Below are positions 50,115-59,223 of a DNA stretch of 64,000 nucleotides, one piece after another. The notes under the pieces were generated by a model that was given only the letters and a program-made list of their open reading frames with translations, did not search any database and had not been told where the DNA came from. Source of the stretch: an uncultured Planctomycetota bacterium (GTDB lineage Bacteria; Planctomycetota; Planctomycetia; Pirellulales; PNKZ01); assembly GCA_963708675.1 (NCBI GenBank), contig CAVPTO010000003.1:3595477-3659476 (forward strand), read 5' to 3'. A program made the translations under genes and the position numbers. The number at the start of each line of letters is the position of its first letter. Position 1 is the stretch's first letter.

Positions 50115-53045
50115 ATGCTTAACGCGATCGCCCGCGCTCATGTCCCGTCGATTGTTGCACTCGTTGCCCTTGTTATCTCGTCGAACGTTTCGCTCGCCGC
50201 GATGCCGTCCGTCCGCAGCGCCAGCGTTCGCGGCCTGACCTCGGGCGCGACAACAACGATCGTTCTCGAAGGCGGCAACCTTGGGCCGAATCCAAAGCTG
50301 CTGCTCTCGACGCCTGTCGCCGCTCAAGAGGCCAAGCTCTCAGCCAAGCGCGACCAGGTGACGTTCGACGTTACGCTCGCTGCCGACACCCCGTCGGGGA
50401 TCCACCAACTTTGGGTCGCGACCGACGCCGGCATCAGCGCGCCGATGGAAGTTGCCGTCGATCGGTTGCCAGAGCTGCCGATGAGCGACAAGATCGAAAA
50501 GCTCCCGGTCGCGCTCAACGGGCTGATCGCCGCGCGCGACGTGCTGCGAACGTCGTTCGAGGGCAAAGCCGGCCAGCCGATCGTCATCGACGTCGAAGCC
50601 CGCCGTCTCGGCAGCGCATTCAATCCGGTGGTGCGTCTCTATGATCCGCGCGGCGTGCAACTGGCTTGGGCTCAAGGACAGGATTCGATCTTCGGCGACG
50701 CGCGCATCGTCACGCAGCTCACCCACGACGGACACTACACGATCGAGTTGCACGATGCCTTGTTTACCGCCAAGGGCGCTTATCGTTTCAAGGTCGGCAG
50801 CCTCGAGTACGCCGATCTCGCGTTTCCTTTGGCGGCCAAAATCGATCAGACCCTGCCGCTCGGTTTTGTCGCCACGAACTTTCCGATGGGCACGGCCGTC
50901 GTCGCGCATCCCACGTTCACGGGCGTCACCGCCGTGCCGTGGCCAAGCCTCGCGAACCTCACCGGCGCGCGGCCGCGTCTGCTTGTCAGCGATCACGAAG
51001 AGCTTGTCGAGCAATCGTCCGCGGGTTCGCCACAGCAGCTCACGGCTCCGGTTGGAGTCAGTGGCCGTCTCGCGCAGCCGGGCGAGCAAGATCGTTACGA
51101 ACTGATCGTCGCGCCCAAGGCGAAGGTGCGACTCGACGTGATGGCGAACCGGCTCGGCTCGCCGCTCGACGGCATGTTGCGCGTGCGCACTGCCAAAGGC
51201 GACGTCATTGCATCGAACGACGATCAGCCGATGACCGCCGACCCCGGCTTGCAATTCGCTGTTCCGGCCGACGCCACGAGCGTCTTCGTTTCGCTCGAAG
51301 ATCGCATCGGACGTGGCGGCCCCGAGTTCGTGTATCACCTCAACGCCACGATCGTCGGGCAGCCTGACTTCGCGTTGAACTTGCTCAGCTCGAGCATTGC
51401 CGTCCCCGTGCAAGGCGTCGTCGTCGCGCAGATTCGTGCCACGCGCACCGCCTACAACGGGCCGATTCGCTTGGCGCTCGACCCATCGCCTGCCGGCGTG
51501 ACGATGACCGGCGTCGAGATTCCTGCGGGCGCGACCGACACGCTGTTCACCTTGTTCGTTGGCGAGCGATCGCCCGAAGCGTTGCTCACGAACCTTTTCG
51601 GACAAAGTGTCGGCCTCAAGTCCGAAATCCGCCGCAGCGTGCAAACCCCCGCGCGTGCCGTGTCCTCCGTGCAGCCGTGGCTGCGCGATCAGGTGCCCGT
51701 GGCGTTCGTCGAGCCTGCGTTGTTGCAAGTTGCCTTCGAGCCGGCCAGCGGCGATGCCGCGCTGCCACTGGGCGCGGTGCTTCCGTTGAAAGTAAAGCTC
51801 ACGCGCAGTGACTCCGCCAAAGGCCCCGTGCGCATCAGTCTGCTGACAAGCCAAATGATGCCGACCAAGCGAGTACCCAAATTCGACGCTCGAAAGAGGC
51901 CCGCTGGTGAAGAAGTCGTCGACGACGTCGATCGCGCGCTGCGTCTCAAGTATCCCGAGGACGCAAAGGAGCTGATCGTTCCTGCCGATTCCAACGAAGC
52001 AGCGGCCGAAGTCGTCGTCCCCGGCGGTCTCGTCGACATTCCTTACGATGTGACCTTCAAGGCCGAGCTGTTAGCCGCCGACGGCAAGCGCGTGATGGCC
52101 GAGGCTTACGCACCCGCGTCGCGGTTGCGGACGACGTATCCATTCACGATCGAGTTGTCCGGCCCGTCGACGATCGAAGCCAAGGCGGGCCTTGGCGACA
52201 CGGGCTCGCTCGAAGGCAAGATCGTTCGCAAGGCCGGCTTCGACGGCCCGGTGACGATCACGTTGCGAAATCTGCCCGACGAGTTTTTGGCTCCCACGGT
52301 CGCCGTCGCCGCGAAGAAAGACACCTTCGCGCTGCCGGTGGCGTTCGCCTATCACACGACGGCCGGCGAGCTGAAGGGTGCGCAGTTGGTGGCCGAGGCG
52401 AAGGGCGCGTTCGGGCCGATCGAATCGAACGCGCTGCCCGTGTCGTTGATGGTCGTCAAAGGCGAGGCTCCCCAAGGCGCGCTGCGAATCTTCGACGACG
52501 AGCCATCGTTTCTCGCGATGCTCAACGAAGGTGACGGCACCGTGAAGCTCGACGCGAAAGACCGTTTCTCAGGCAAGGCGGCGCTGAGCGTCACGCCCGA
52601 CAAGCAACGCACGCGGCTGCCAGGGCTCGGCATGAAGATCGTCGAGAACCCGAAGCCGGGCGAGTACCGCTATCTGCGTTTCGCGTGGAAGGCGCACGGC
52701 GGGCACAACATGATGTTGCGACTCTTCCAGAACAAGAACGAAATGGGCGCCGACGGCAAACGCACGTTGGCTTACGAGTCGGGCGATGCTAGTAATCGTT
52801 TGCGACTCGTCGCCGAGCGCATTGATGAGAAAGTGCCGACCGAATGGATGGTCGTGACACGCGACCTATTTGCCGATTTTGGCGCCTTCACGCTCGAAGG
52901 CCTGCAGTTCTCGCCGTGTCGCGCCGTCGGTTACCCCGACGAGAAAGGCGAGTACGGCCTGTACGATCAAATTTACCTCGGCCGCGCACTGAGCGACTTC
53001 GAGTCGCTCGAATCAAAACCCGCCGCGACGGCGAAAGCGCGTTAG
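50115..53045 (+). CDS. Planctomycete PPC (pre-peptidase C-terminal) multi-domain secreted protein
   Basis: Signal peptide, DVEARRLGS..PVVRL, RLGSPLDG.L...G..IASNDD and RGGPEFVY. C-terminal module YRYLRFAWK. Confidence 0.75.
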   Translation: MLNAIARAHVPSIVALVALVISSNVSLAAMPSVRSASVRGLTSGATTTIVLEGGNLGPNPKLLLSTPVAAQEAKLSAKRDQVTFDVTLAADTPSGIHQLWVATDAGISAPMEVAVDRLPELPMSDKIEKLPVALNGLIAARDVLRTSFEGKAGQPIVIDVEARRLGSAFNPVVRLYDPRGVQLAWAQGQDSIFGDARIVTQLTHDGHYTIELHDALFTAKGAYRFKVGSLEYADLAFPLAAKIDQTLPLGFVATNFPMGTAVVAHPTFTGVTAVPWPSLANLTGARPRLLVSDHEELVEQSSAGSPQQLTAPVGVSGRLAQPGEQDRYELIVAPKAKVRLDVMANRLGSPLDGMLRVRTAKGDVIASNDDQPMTADPGLQFAVPADATSVFVSLEDRIGRGGPEFVYHLNATIVGQPDFALNLLSSSIAVPVQGVVVAQIRATRTAYNGPIRLALDPSPAGVTMTGVEIPAGATDTLFTLFVGERSPEALLTNLFGQSVGLKSEIRRSVQTPARAVSSVQPWLRDQVPVAFVEPALLQVAFEPASGDAALPLGAVLPLKVKLTRSDSAKGPVRISLLTSQMMPTKRVPKFDARKRPAGEEVVDDVDRALRLKYPEDAKELIVPADSNEAAAEVVVPGGLVDIPYDVTFKAELLAADGKRVMAEAYAPASRLRTTYPFTIELSGPSTIEAKAGLGDTGSLEGKIVRKAGFDGPVTITLRNLPDEFLAPTVAVAAKKDTFALPVAFAYHTTAGELKGAQLVAEAKGAFGPIESNALPVSLMVVKGEAPQGALRIFDDEPSFLAMLNEGDGTVKLDAKDRFSGKAALSVTPDKQRTRLPGLGMKIVENPKPGEYRYLRFAWKAHGGHNMMLRLFQNKNEMGADGKRTLAYESGDASNRLRLVAERIDEKVPTEWMVVTRDLFADFGAFTLEGLQFSPCRAVGYPDEKGEYGLYDQIYLGRALSDFESLESKPAATAKAR

Positions 53046-53049
53046 TTCG

Positions 53050-53169
53050 CATAAAGCCGCGACCGGTGGTCGCGCTCCGCGAACCGCCCTGTGCGTGCAA
53101 TCGCCATTTGCATGCAACCGCCCCAGTGCATGCAACCGTCACCAGCGCGACCACCGGTCGCGCTTTATG
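53050..53169. repeat. CATAAAGC-GCGACC-GGT-GGTCGCGC REPIN with internal TGCATGCAACCG direct repeat
   Basis: 26-27-nt inverted arms at both ends. Confidence 0.75.
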
Positions 53170-53201
53170 AATGGGCGCGTCACGGGTATATTGCGCCCTG
53201 C

Positions 53202-54041
53202 ATGCCCGAGAACCCCGTCACGATCGGCCCGTATCGCTGCGGTCGCGGCCAGAAGCTGCTGGTCATTGCCGGCCCATGCGTGATCGAAAGCGAAAAACTC
53301 ACGCTCACGATCGCTGAGCGCTTGAAGCAACTCGCCGACGAACTCGGAGTGCAGATCGTCTTCAAGGCCTCATTCGATAAGGCCAACCGCACCAGTGTAG
53401 CGGCGTTTCGTGGCGCGGGGCTCGACGAAGGGCTCGCCGTGCTCGCGCGGGTGAAGCAAGTCACCGGCCTGCCCGTGACGACCGACATTCACGAGTCGTA
53501 TCAGGCCGCCGCCGCTGCCGAGGTGTGCGACGTGTTGCAGATTCCCGCGTTCCTCGCTCGACAGACCGACCTACTGGTCGCTGCTGCCGCCACGGGTCGG
53601 GTCGTGCACGTGAAGAAGGGGCAGTTCATGGCCCCGTGGGATATGAAGCACGTCGTGTCGAAGCTCACGAGCGCCGGCTGCCGCGGCATCATGCTCTGTG
53701 AGCGCGGCACATTTTTCGGCTACGGCCGTCTCGTGAATGATTTCCGGTCAATCTCGGAGATGCAATCGCTCGGCGTGCCCGTCATCTTCGACGCCACGCA
53801 CAGCGTTCAGGAACCGGGCGGCCTGGGCTCCGCCACGGGCGGCAATCGCGCGATGGTCGAGCCGCTTGCCCGTGCCGCCACGGTCGTCGGGGCCGACGGG
53901 TTGTTTTTCGAGACGCATCCGGACCCCGACAAGTCGCCCAGCGACGGGCCAAACATGGTACCGCTCGCCGAGTTTCCCAACGTGTTGCGGCGAATATTGG
54001 CGCTGCGTGCGGCGGTCGAATCCTTCACCAATCTCGGCTGA
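53202..54041 (+). CDS. kdsA: 3-deoxy-8-phosphooctulonate (KDO8P) synthase
   Basis: [52 protein letters not shown] and FFETHPDP...SDG. Confidence 0.95.
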   Translation: MPENPVTIGPYRCGRGQKLLVIAGPCVIESEKLTLTIAERLKQLADELGVQIVFKASFDKANRTSVAAFRGAGLDEGLAVLARVKQVTGLPVTTDIHESYQAAAAAEVCDVLQIPAFLARQTDLLVAAAATGRVVHVKKGQFMAPWDMKHVVSKLTSAGCRGIMLCERGTFFGYGRLVNDFRSISEMQSLGVPVIFDATHSVQEPGGLGSATGGNRAMVEPLARAATVVGADGLFFETHPDPDKSPSDGPNMVPLAEFPNVLRRILALRAAVESFTNLG

Positions 54042-54166
54042 ACGGTCGCCCCGCGCGTCACCGTGCCATCCCCGTTTGCGGTTTCGCGCTTTCCCGCCCC
54101 CGCGCTCCGCTGGCGCGTCGCGGCTAACCAAACGCACGTTGTCGCATTTCACCGTAGAATAGATGC

Positions 54167-55687
54167 ATGAAGCCCCTCGCATCGCTCGCCATTTGCCTGT
54201 CGCTCGCGATCGCCGGCTGCGCCGACTCCTCGGCCCGCGGCCCCACCGAGGCCGGCGCGACGCGCGACGTCGCTGACCGCCTGTTCGACAGCGCGTTCGC
54301 GCTGCTCAACCGCTTGAGCGAAGTCGACTCCGACGAGGCACTCTCCCAAATCGCCGATCGACTCAACCAATGGATCGAGTCGAAAAAGCTATCGAGCGAT
54401 ACAAGCGTCGATCCGCTCGTGGCGACGCTTCCCGAGACGTTACGCTCGAAGACGTTCATCGAGTCGCTCGAGGCGATGACCTTCACGACGGCCGATGCCG
54501 CGATGTTGCGCGAGTGCGTGTGGATGCGCGAGGCGGCGCGGGCGGCCGTCGGTCGACAACTCGAGCCGCTCGAACGCGCGAAGCTGCTGTTCGATTGGAC
54601 CGTGCGCAACTTGCAGCTCGAAGCCGATCCGACGCCCGACGCCTTGCGAGGTTTCCAGCCGTGGCAGACGCTGTTGCTTGGCAAGGCCACAGCGGAGGAA
54701 CGCGCGTGGGTGTTCGCGCTGTTAGCGCGGCAGCAGGGGTTGGATGTCGTATTGCTGGCGACGCCTGGCGATGGCGATCGACAGCGCGTTTGGACGGCGG
54801 CGCTCGTGCACGACAAGCAACTGTGGCTGTTCGAACCTGCGGTGGGATTGCCGATCGCAGGCGCCGACGGGCAGGGGATCGCGACGCTCGCCGAGGCTAG
54901 TGATAACACTGAAGTCCTCAAACGCCTCAACGTCGAAGGTCAGCCGCCGTATCGTGTCGCGGCAGATGACATCAAGCATGTCACGGCGCTTATCGTTGCG
55001 TCGCCGCAGAATCTTTCCAAGCGCATGGCGATCGTCGAGCGGCATCTGGTCGGCCCGTTGCGATTGGAGCTGACGGTCGACGCGACCGCCGTCGCTTCGC
55101 AGATCAAAGGTCTGCCGCATGTCGATGACGTGCAGTTGTGGACGGTGCCAATCGAGCGATCGCGCCCGGTCGCAGGCCCTTGGCAAGACGTGTGGAAACG
55201 CCAGGAGCGAGTCTTTCATTCCTCGCAAGGCGATTGGTTGTGGAAAGGACGCGTGCTCGAAGTGTGCGGCCGACTGACGGGCGAGCACGACGCGTTGGTG
55301 TGCCTGATGCACGCGCGTCCGGCGGAAGAAGAGATCGCACAAGCTCGCGAGCAGAATCAACTCAACGCCGAAACCGAGTCGGCCGTTCGCGCGGCCAAGC
55401 AAGACGCGAGCTATTGGTTGGGGATCGCATCATTCGAGCGACGCAATTACGAGGCGGCCATCGATTGGTTCAGCCAGCGAACGTTGGCCGCGTCGCCTGA
55501 CGGCCCGTGGACCGAAGGCGCTCGCTACAACCTGGCGAGAACGTATGAGGCGCTTGGCCGGAAGAACGACGCCATTCGCACGTATCGCAGCACGCGCGGG
55601 CCGCAGCGTTTGGGGAATTTGATTCGCGCAAGATTTGGCAGCACAAACCCCAGGCAACTCGCCGGGGACTCAATGACACCTAAGTGA
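54167..55687 (+). CDS. Lipoprotein with transglutaminase-like core and C-terminal TPR
   Basis: Lipobox LAIAG|C, LFDWTVRN...PWQTLLLG...RAWVFALLARQ.G, and TPR-like ASYWLG...ARYNLARTYE. Confidence 0.6.
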   Translation: MKPLASLAICLSLAIAGCADSSARGPTEAGATRDVADRLFDSAFALLNRLSEVDSDEALSQIADRLNQWIESKKLSSDTSVDPLVATLPETLRSKTFIESLEAMTFTTADAAMLRECVWMREAARAAVGRQLEPLERAKLLFDWTVRNLQLEADPTPDALRGFQPWQTLLLGKATAEERAWVFALLARQQGLDVVLLATPGDGDRQRVWTAALVHDKQLWLFEPAVGLPIAGADGQGIATLAEASDNTEVLKRLNVEGQPPYRVAADDIKHVTALIVASPQNLSKRMAIVERHLVGPLRLELTVDATAVASQIKGLPHVDDVQLWTVPIERSRPVAGPWQDVWKRQERVFHSSQGDWLWKGRVLEVCGRLTGEHDALVCLMHARPAEEEIAQAREQNQLNAETESAVRAAKQDASYWLGIASFERRNYEAAIDWFSQRTLAASPDGPWTEGARYNLARTYEALGRKNDAIRTYRSTRGPQRLGNLIRARFGSTNPRQLAGDSMTPK

Positions 55688-56973
55688 ACAACTCGGCGAC
55701 GGGCGTGCCGCCGTCGACGACGCGAATCGGCCGGCCGATGGGGCTCATGTTCTCTTTCTGTGCGTCGATGCCCAACGATTTGTAGATCGTCTGGAACAAG
55801 TCCTTCTCGCTGACGGGGCGATCGGCGATCTCCTCGCCCGCGGCGTCGGTCGCGCCGAGCACTTGTCCGCCTCGAATGCCACCGCCGGAAAGCACAGCGC
55901 TAAACGCCGCGCGGGAAATGGTCACGGCCTCCGCGCGGGTTGATGCGTGGCGTGCGACCGAACTCGCCCATCCACACGACCAGCGTGCTGTCCAACATGC
56001 CACGGTCACGCAGATCCTCGACGAGCGCTGCATACGGCTGATCGAACTGCTCGCACAGCGAACGCGATTTGTTGAAGTTGTCGAAGTGCGTGTCCCAGTT
56101 GCCGAGGCTCACCTCGACGAACGTCACGCCGCTTTCGATCAACCGACGCGCCAACAGGCAACCGCTGGCAAACTCGCCTTGACCGTAGGCCGCGCGTGTC
56201 TTCTCGGATTCTTGTTCCAGGTCGAATGTTTTCATTTGCGGACTGAGCACCATTCGTGATGTGTGCTCGTACAGCTTGCGATGATCGTGGGTCGTGGTGG
56301 CGGCGATCGACGCATTGCCCGCGACTTCGAGTTTGTCCAACAGCGCGAGCCGCTGCTGATAGCGATCGGCGTCGACGGTCAGACGTATGTTGTCGGGAAT
56401 CCTGCCAGCCGCTGGCACGACGAATGGATCGTACTCGTTGCCGAGTAGTCCGCCGCCTGCCGCGTTCGAGAAGTTGCGACCTACGCGAACGAACGACGGC
56501 AACTGACAGGCGGTGTCGCGAAGCTCCTTCGACACGATGGCGCCAAGCGTCGGGTGGTGCACCGTTGCTGTCGGCACGTGCGACGTGTGCATAAGGAACG
56601 TCGCACGTTGGTGGTTGCCTTCCTTCGTGGTCATCGAGCGGACGACGGCCAACTGATCGGCAATGTTCGCGAGCTTCGGCAGATTGTCGGCGAACTTCAC
56701 GCCCGACAGCCGCGTGTCGATCGCCTTCGTCTCGCCGGCGTTGTCGCCCATTTTCGGATCGAACGTTTCGAACTGGCTCGGCCCGCCTTGCATCCAAAGC
56801 AGAATGCACGCGCGGCCTTGGCGACGCAGTTCGCTGGCGTTGAGACTGACCACATCAGTCCAATTCATCGCCCCGGCAGCAAGCCCGGCGGCCGAAACGC
56901 CGCGCAGGAAGTGACGTCGGCCGATGACATGATCGCGACGCAGGCTGACGTTGAGTTGATGTTGGTAGTTCAT
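55680..56973 (-). CDS. DUF1501 family protein (Tat signal); +1 frameshift at ~55907
   Basis: RRHFL, WMQGGPSQFETFDPK, WDTH and GEFGRTPRIN..GRDHFP. It continues AFSAVLSGGGIRGGQVLGATD in the next frame. Confidence 0.9.
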
Positions 56974-57009
56974 GGTCGTGATGACTCTTAATGACGTGAT
57001 GACCGCGGC

Positions 57010-58710
57010 TTAGTTGCGATACAAAAACTCGGTGCGATTCACGAGCGTCCACTGCAGATCCTCGAACGCTGCCGCGCGGTCGGCCGATGAACCGAGGTGA
57101 TCGAGCGATACGTTCAATTCCTGCTCGTTCGGCTCGCGTGCCAGACAACGCAAGTACAGCTCGACCACGGCTTCACGATTGTCGCCAATGTCGGCGAGCA
57201 TCTTGCCAAGCATCGTTTCGTGGTTGCGGCCGTTGATGACCGCGTTCAGTTGTGGGCCGTTCATGAGCATGAGAGCCTGCGGGATCGAGCCGGCGATCTC
57301 GTCGCGGCGCACGCTCGGGTCGTAGCCGAACGTGGCGCCGAAGAACATGCGTGGGGACCCGAACAGCCGTCCGATGCCTTGCCCGCCGTTGCCCGGGTTG
57401 ACCAACGTTGTCGTGCCCAATGCCTGTTCGAGGTTGTCGTACACCTGATCGCTACGCAGCCGGTGCGAGCAGTTGGCCAAGAACGGCGTCTCATTCGGCA
57501 GACGTCGCGGGCGGCTTTCGCGTTGGTAGGCGTCGGTCGCCATGATCGTTCGCAGCAGCCACTTCACGTCGTAGCGATGCGAGACGAACTGCTGCGCGAG
57601 ATAATCGAGCGTCTTCGGCGCGGTGCACGGACGGTCGGGCCCCAGGTCGTCAACGGGCTCGTAGAACCCTTCGCCGACAAGCTCCGCCCACATGCGATTC
57701 ACAAACGCCTTGGCGAACCAGCCGTCTTTCGACGACGTGATCCAGTTGGCGATCGTCGCGCGGCGATCGGCGTCGACGGTGCCGGTCGGAAGAGTTTGGC
57801 CTGTGACGAAGAAGGCAGGCGTCATGAGTTTGCCTTCGGCACTCGGGTCTTTCAGGTCGGGCATATGATGTTCGAGCGAACCACGACCTTGCTGACCGGG
57901 ACGACTGAGCCCGCCGAAGTCGCGGCCCACGAGCTCGAACGAACGGACGCGACCATCGCCATAGACGGGGCGTATCGCCAAGCGCGGAAAGAAGGCGGCA
58001 AACTCGTGGAACTGCTCGCGCTTCCAGCGATCGGTAGGATGGTCGTGGCACTGGGCGCAAGAGATTTGCACTCCCATGAAGATTCGCGATACCTCGGCGG
58101 CCACATCGTTCACCTCGGCCATCTGCGACATGTAGAGCAGCGTGTTGCCGGAGGTGTAGACGTCGCCGCTCGATTCGAGGATGGAACGTGTGATTTGGTC
58201 CCAACCGACGTTGTTGTTGAACGCTTCGGTGAAGAACTCCTCGGCTGCCCGCGAGCCAAGGAGTGCGCGATCTTCCGCACGGCGGTAGAGAATCACGTCG
58301 CGCCAGTAGCGGGCCCAGGTGCGGCCATAACGTTCGTCGGCCAATAGCGATTCGACCAAGCGTGTACGCTTGTCAGCCGCCGGATCGAGGGCGAAGGCGG
58401 CGATGTCGGTCGGGGTCGGAAGTCGCCCGACCAGGTCGAGGCTCAGGCGCCGCAGGTAGGCGTTGTCGTCGACCATGGGGGCCAGGCCGGCGCTGCCGGT
58501 GGCCGTCGAGTGCAAATTCAGTTCTTGGGCGAGAAGGAAATCGACGTGCTGGGCGGGGCTGTCGCTCGGCTTGTCGCCGCTAGCTGCGTCAACGTTGCTC
58601 GTGCTAACTCCCAGTGCCGCAGCGACCAATGCCACGGCAGCCGTCGCCATTCCCGCCCACACCGCTCGCCGAGGAGATGCCATTGCAGCGTCCTTCTCGA
58701 AAATGCCCAT
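57010..58710 (-). CDS. DUF1549/DUF1553 (PSD1/PSD2) planctomycete protein without cytochrome c domain
   Basis: YLRRLSLDLVGRLPT, SCAQCHDHP.D.WK..QF, FVNRMW..L.G.G and QAL.LMN. Start is 58710 or 58683. Confidence 0.9.
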   Translation of the reverse strand: MGIFEKDAAMASPRRAVWAGMATAAVALVAAALGVSTSNVDAASGDKPSDSPAQHVDFLLAQELNLHSTATGSAGLAPMVDDNAYLRRLSLDLVGRLPTPTDIAAFALDPAADKRTRLVESLLADERYGRTWARYWRDVILYRRAEDRALLGSRAAEEFFTEAFNNNVGWDQITRSILESSGDVYTSGNTLLYMSQMAEVNDVAAEVSRIFMGVQISCAQCHDHPTDRWKREQFHEFAAFFPRLAIRPVYGDGRVRSFELVGRDFGGLSRPGQQGRGSLEHHMPDLKDPSAEGKLMTPAFFVTGQTLPTGTVDADRRATIANWITSSKDGWFAKAFVNRMWAELVGEGFYEPVDDLGPDRPCTAPKTLDYLAQQFVSHRYDVKWLLRTIMATDAYQRESRPRRLPNETPFLANCSHRLRSDQVYDNLEQALGTTTLVNPGNGGQGIGRLFGSPRMFFGATFGYDPSVRRDEIAGSIPQALMLMNGPQLNAVINGRNHETMLGKMLADIGDNREAVVELYLRCLAREPNEQELNVSLDHLGSSADRAAAFEDLQWTLVNRTEFLYRN

Positions 58711-58830
58711 CGGTTCTGCGTTCCGTTCCACCATTATTAACCCGCAAACTGGCAATAGGTTTCGATGGTGAGGACAAAATATGTGATGGGCGTGTAACCG
58801 CAAAGCGCTGGGAGGTTTAGCCAGCGAGCG

Positions 58831-59145
58831 CTATTTGCCGCTGAGCGGGATGATCGCGAACGGGCGGCCGTTAATCTCGTCTCGGCCCCAGGTGCGGTTT
58901 GACGGCGCGGGACGCGGCGGGTCGGCAACGCGCAGAGGGGGTCGCTGCGGCGAGGTTTGCTGCTCGAGCCTTGCAACGCGCAGCGAGAGCGTGATGACCT
59001 GATCTTGCAGCGAAGCGACGAGCTGCCGCAGTTCCTTCTCGACGGCAACGCGGCGATCGTCCTCAGTCGTTGGCTCGTCAGCCAGCGAGGTCCATGACAC
59101 GCCGATGACGGCGATCGCAACGACAATCCACGTAACACGTCGCAT
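58831..59145 (-). CDS. Small secreted coiled-coil protein with C-terminal INGRPFAIIPL motif
   Basis: Signal peptide, heptad region LRQLVASLQDQVITLSLRVARLE, and a Pro-rich linker. Confidence 0.65.
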   Translation of the reverse strand: MRRVTWIVVAIAVIGVSWTSLADEPTTEDDRRVAVEKELRQLVASLQDQVITLSLRVARLEQQTSPQRPPLRVADPPRPAPSNRTWGRDEINGRPFAIIPLSGK

Positions 59146-59223
59146 GATGTCTGGCTCCGCGAGATGCAAAGTAGTTCCGAGCGTGAACTCGGAACTATCT
59201 TACACCTTCGCCGGAACCAATCG

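Noticed and set aside
8703-53169. Dispersed repeats considered as a CRISPR array
   Set aside because: They are palindromic, non-adjacent and lack regular spacers, and no cas genes are present.
53091-53201. ORF-track N-terminal extension of kdsA
   Set aside because: It is a translation of the REPIN spacer. ATG 53202 matches the usual KdsA length.
54050-54130. GGTTAGCCGC... sequence (minus strand) as another TTAG REP
   Set aside because: Only a 4-bp stem is evident, and there is no matching partner arm or second copy.
39045-56973. Calling the three frameshifted genes pseudogenes or programmed frameshifts
   Set aside because: There are no slippery heptamers and no other decay. Sequencing error cannot be excluded without reads.
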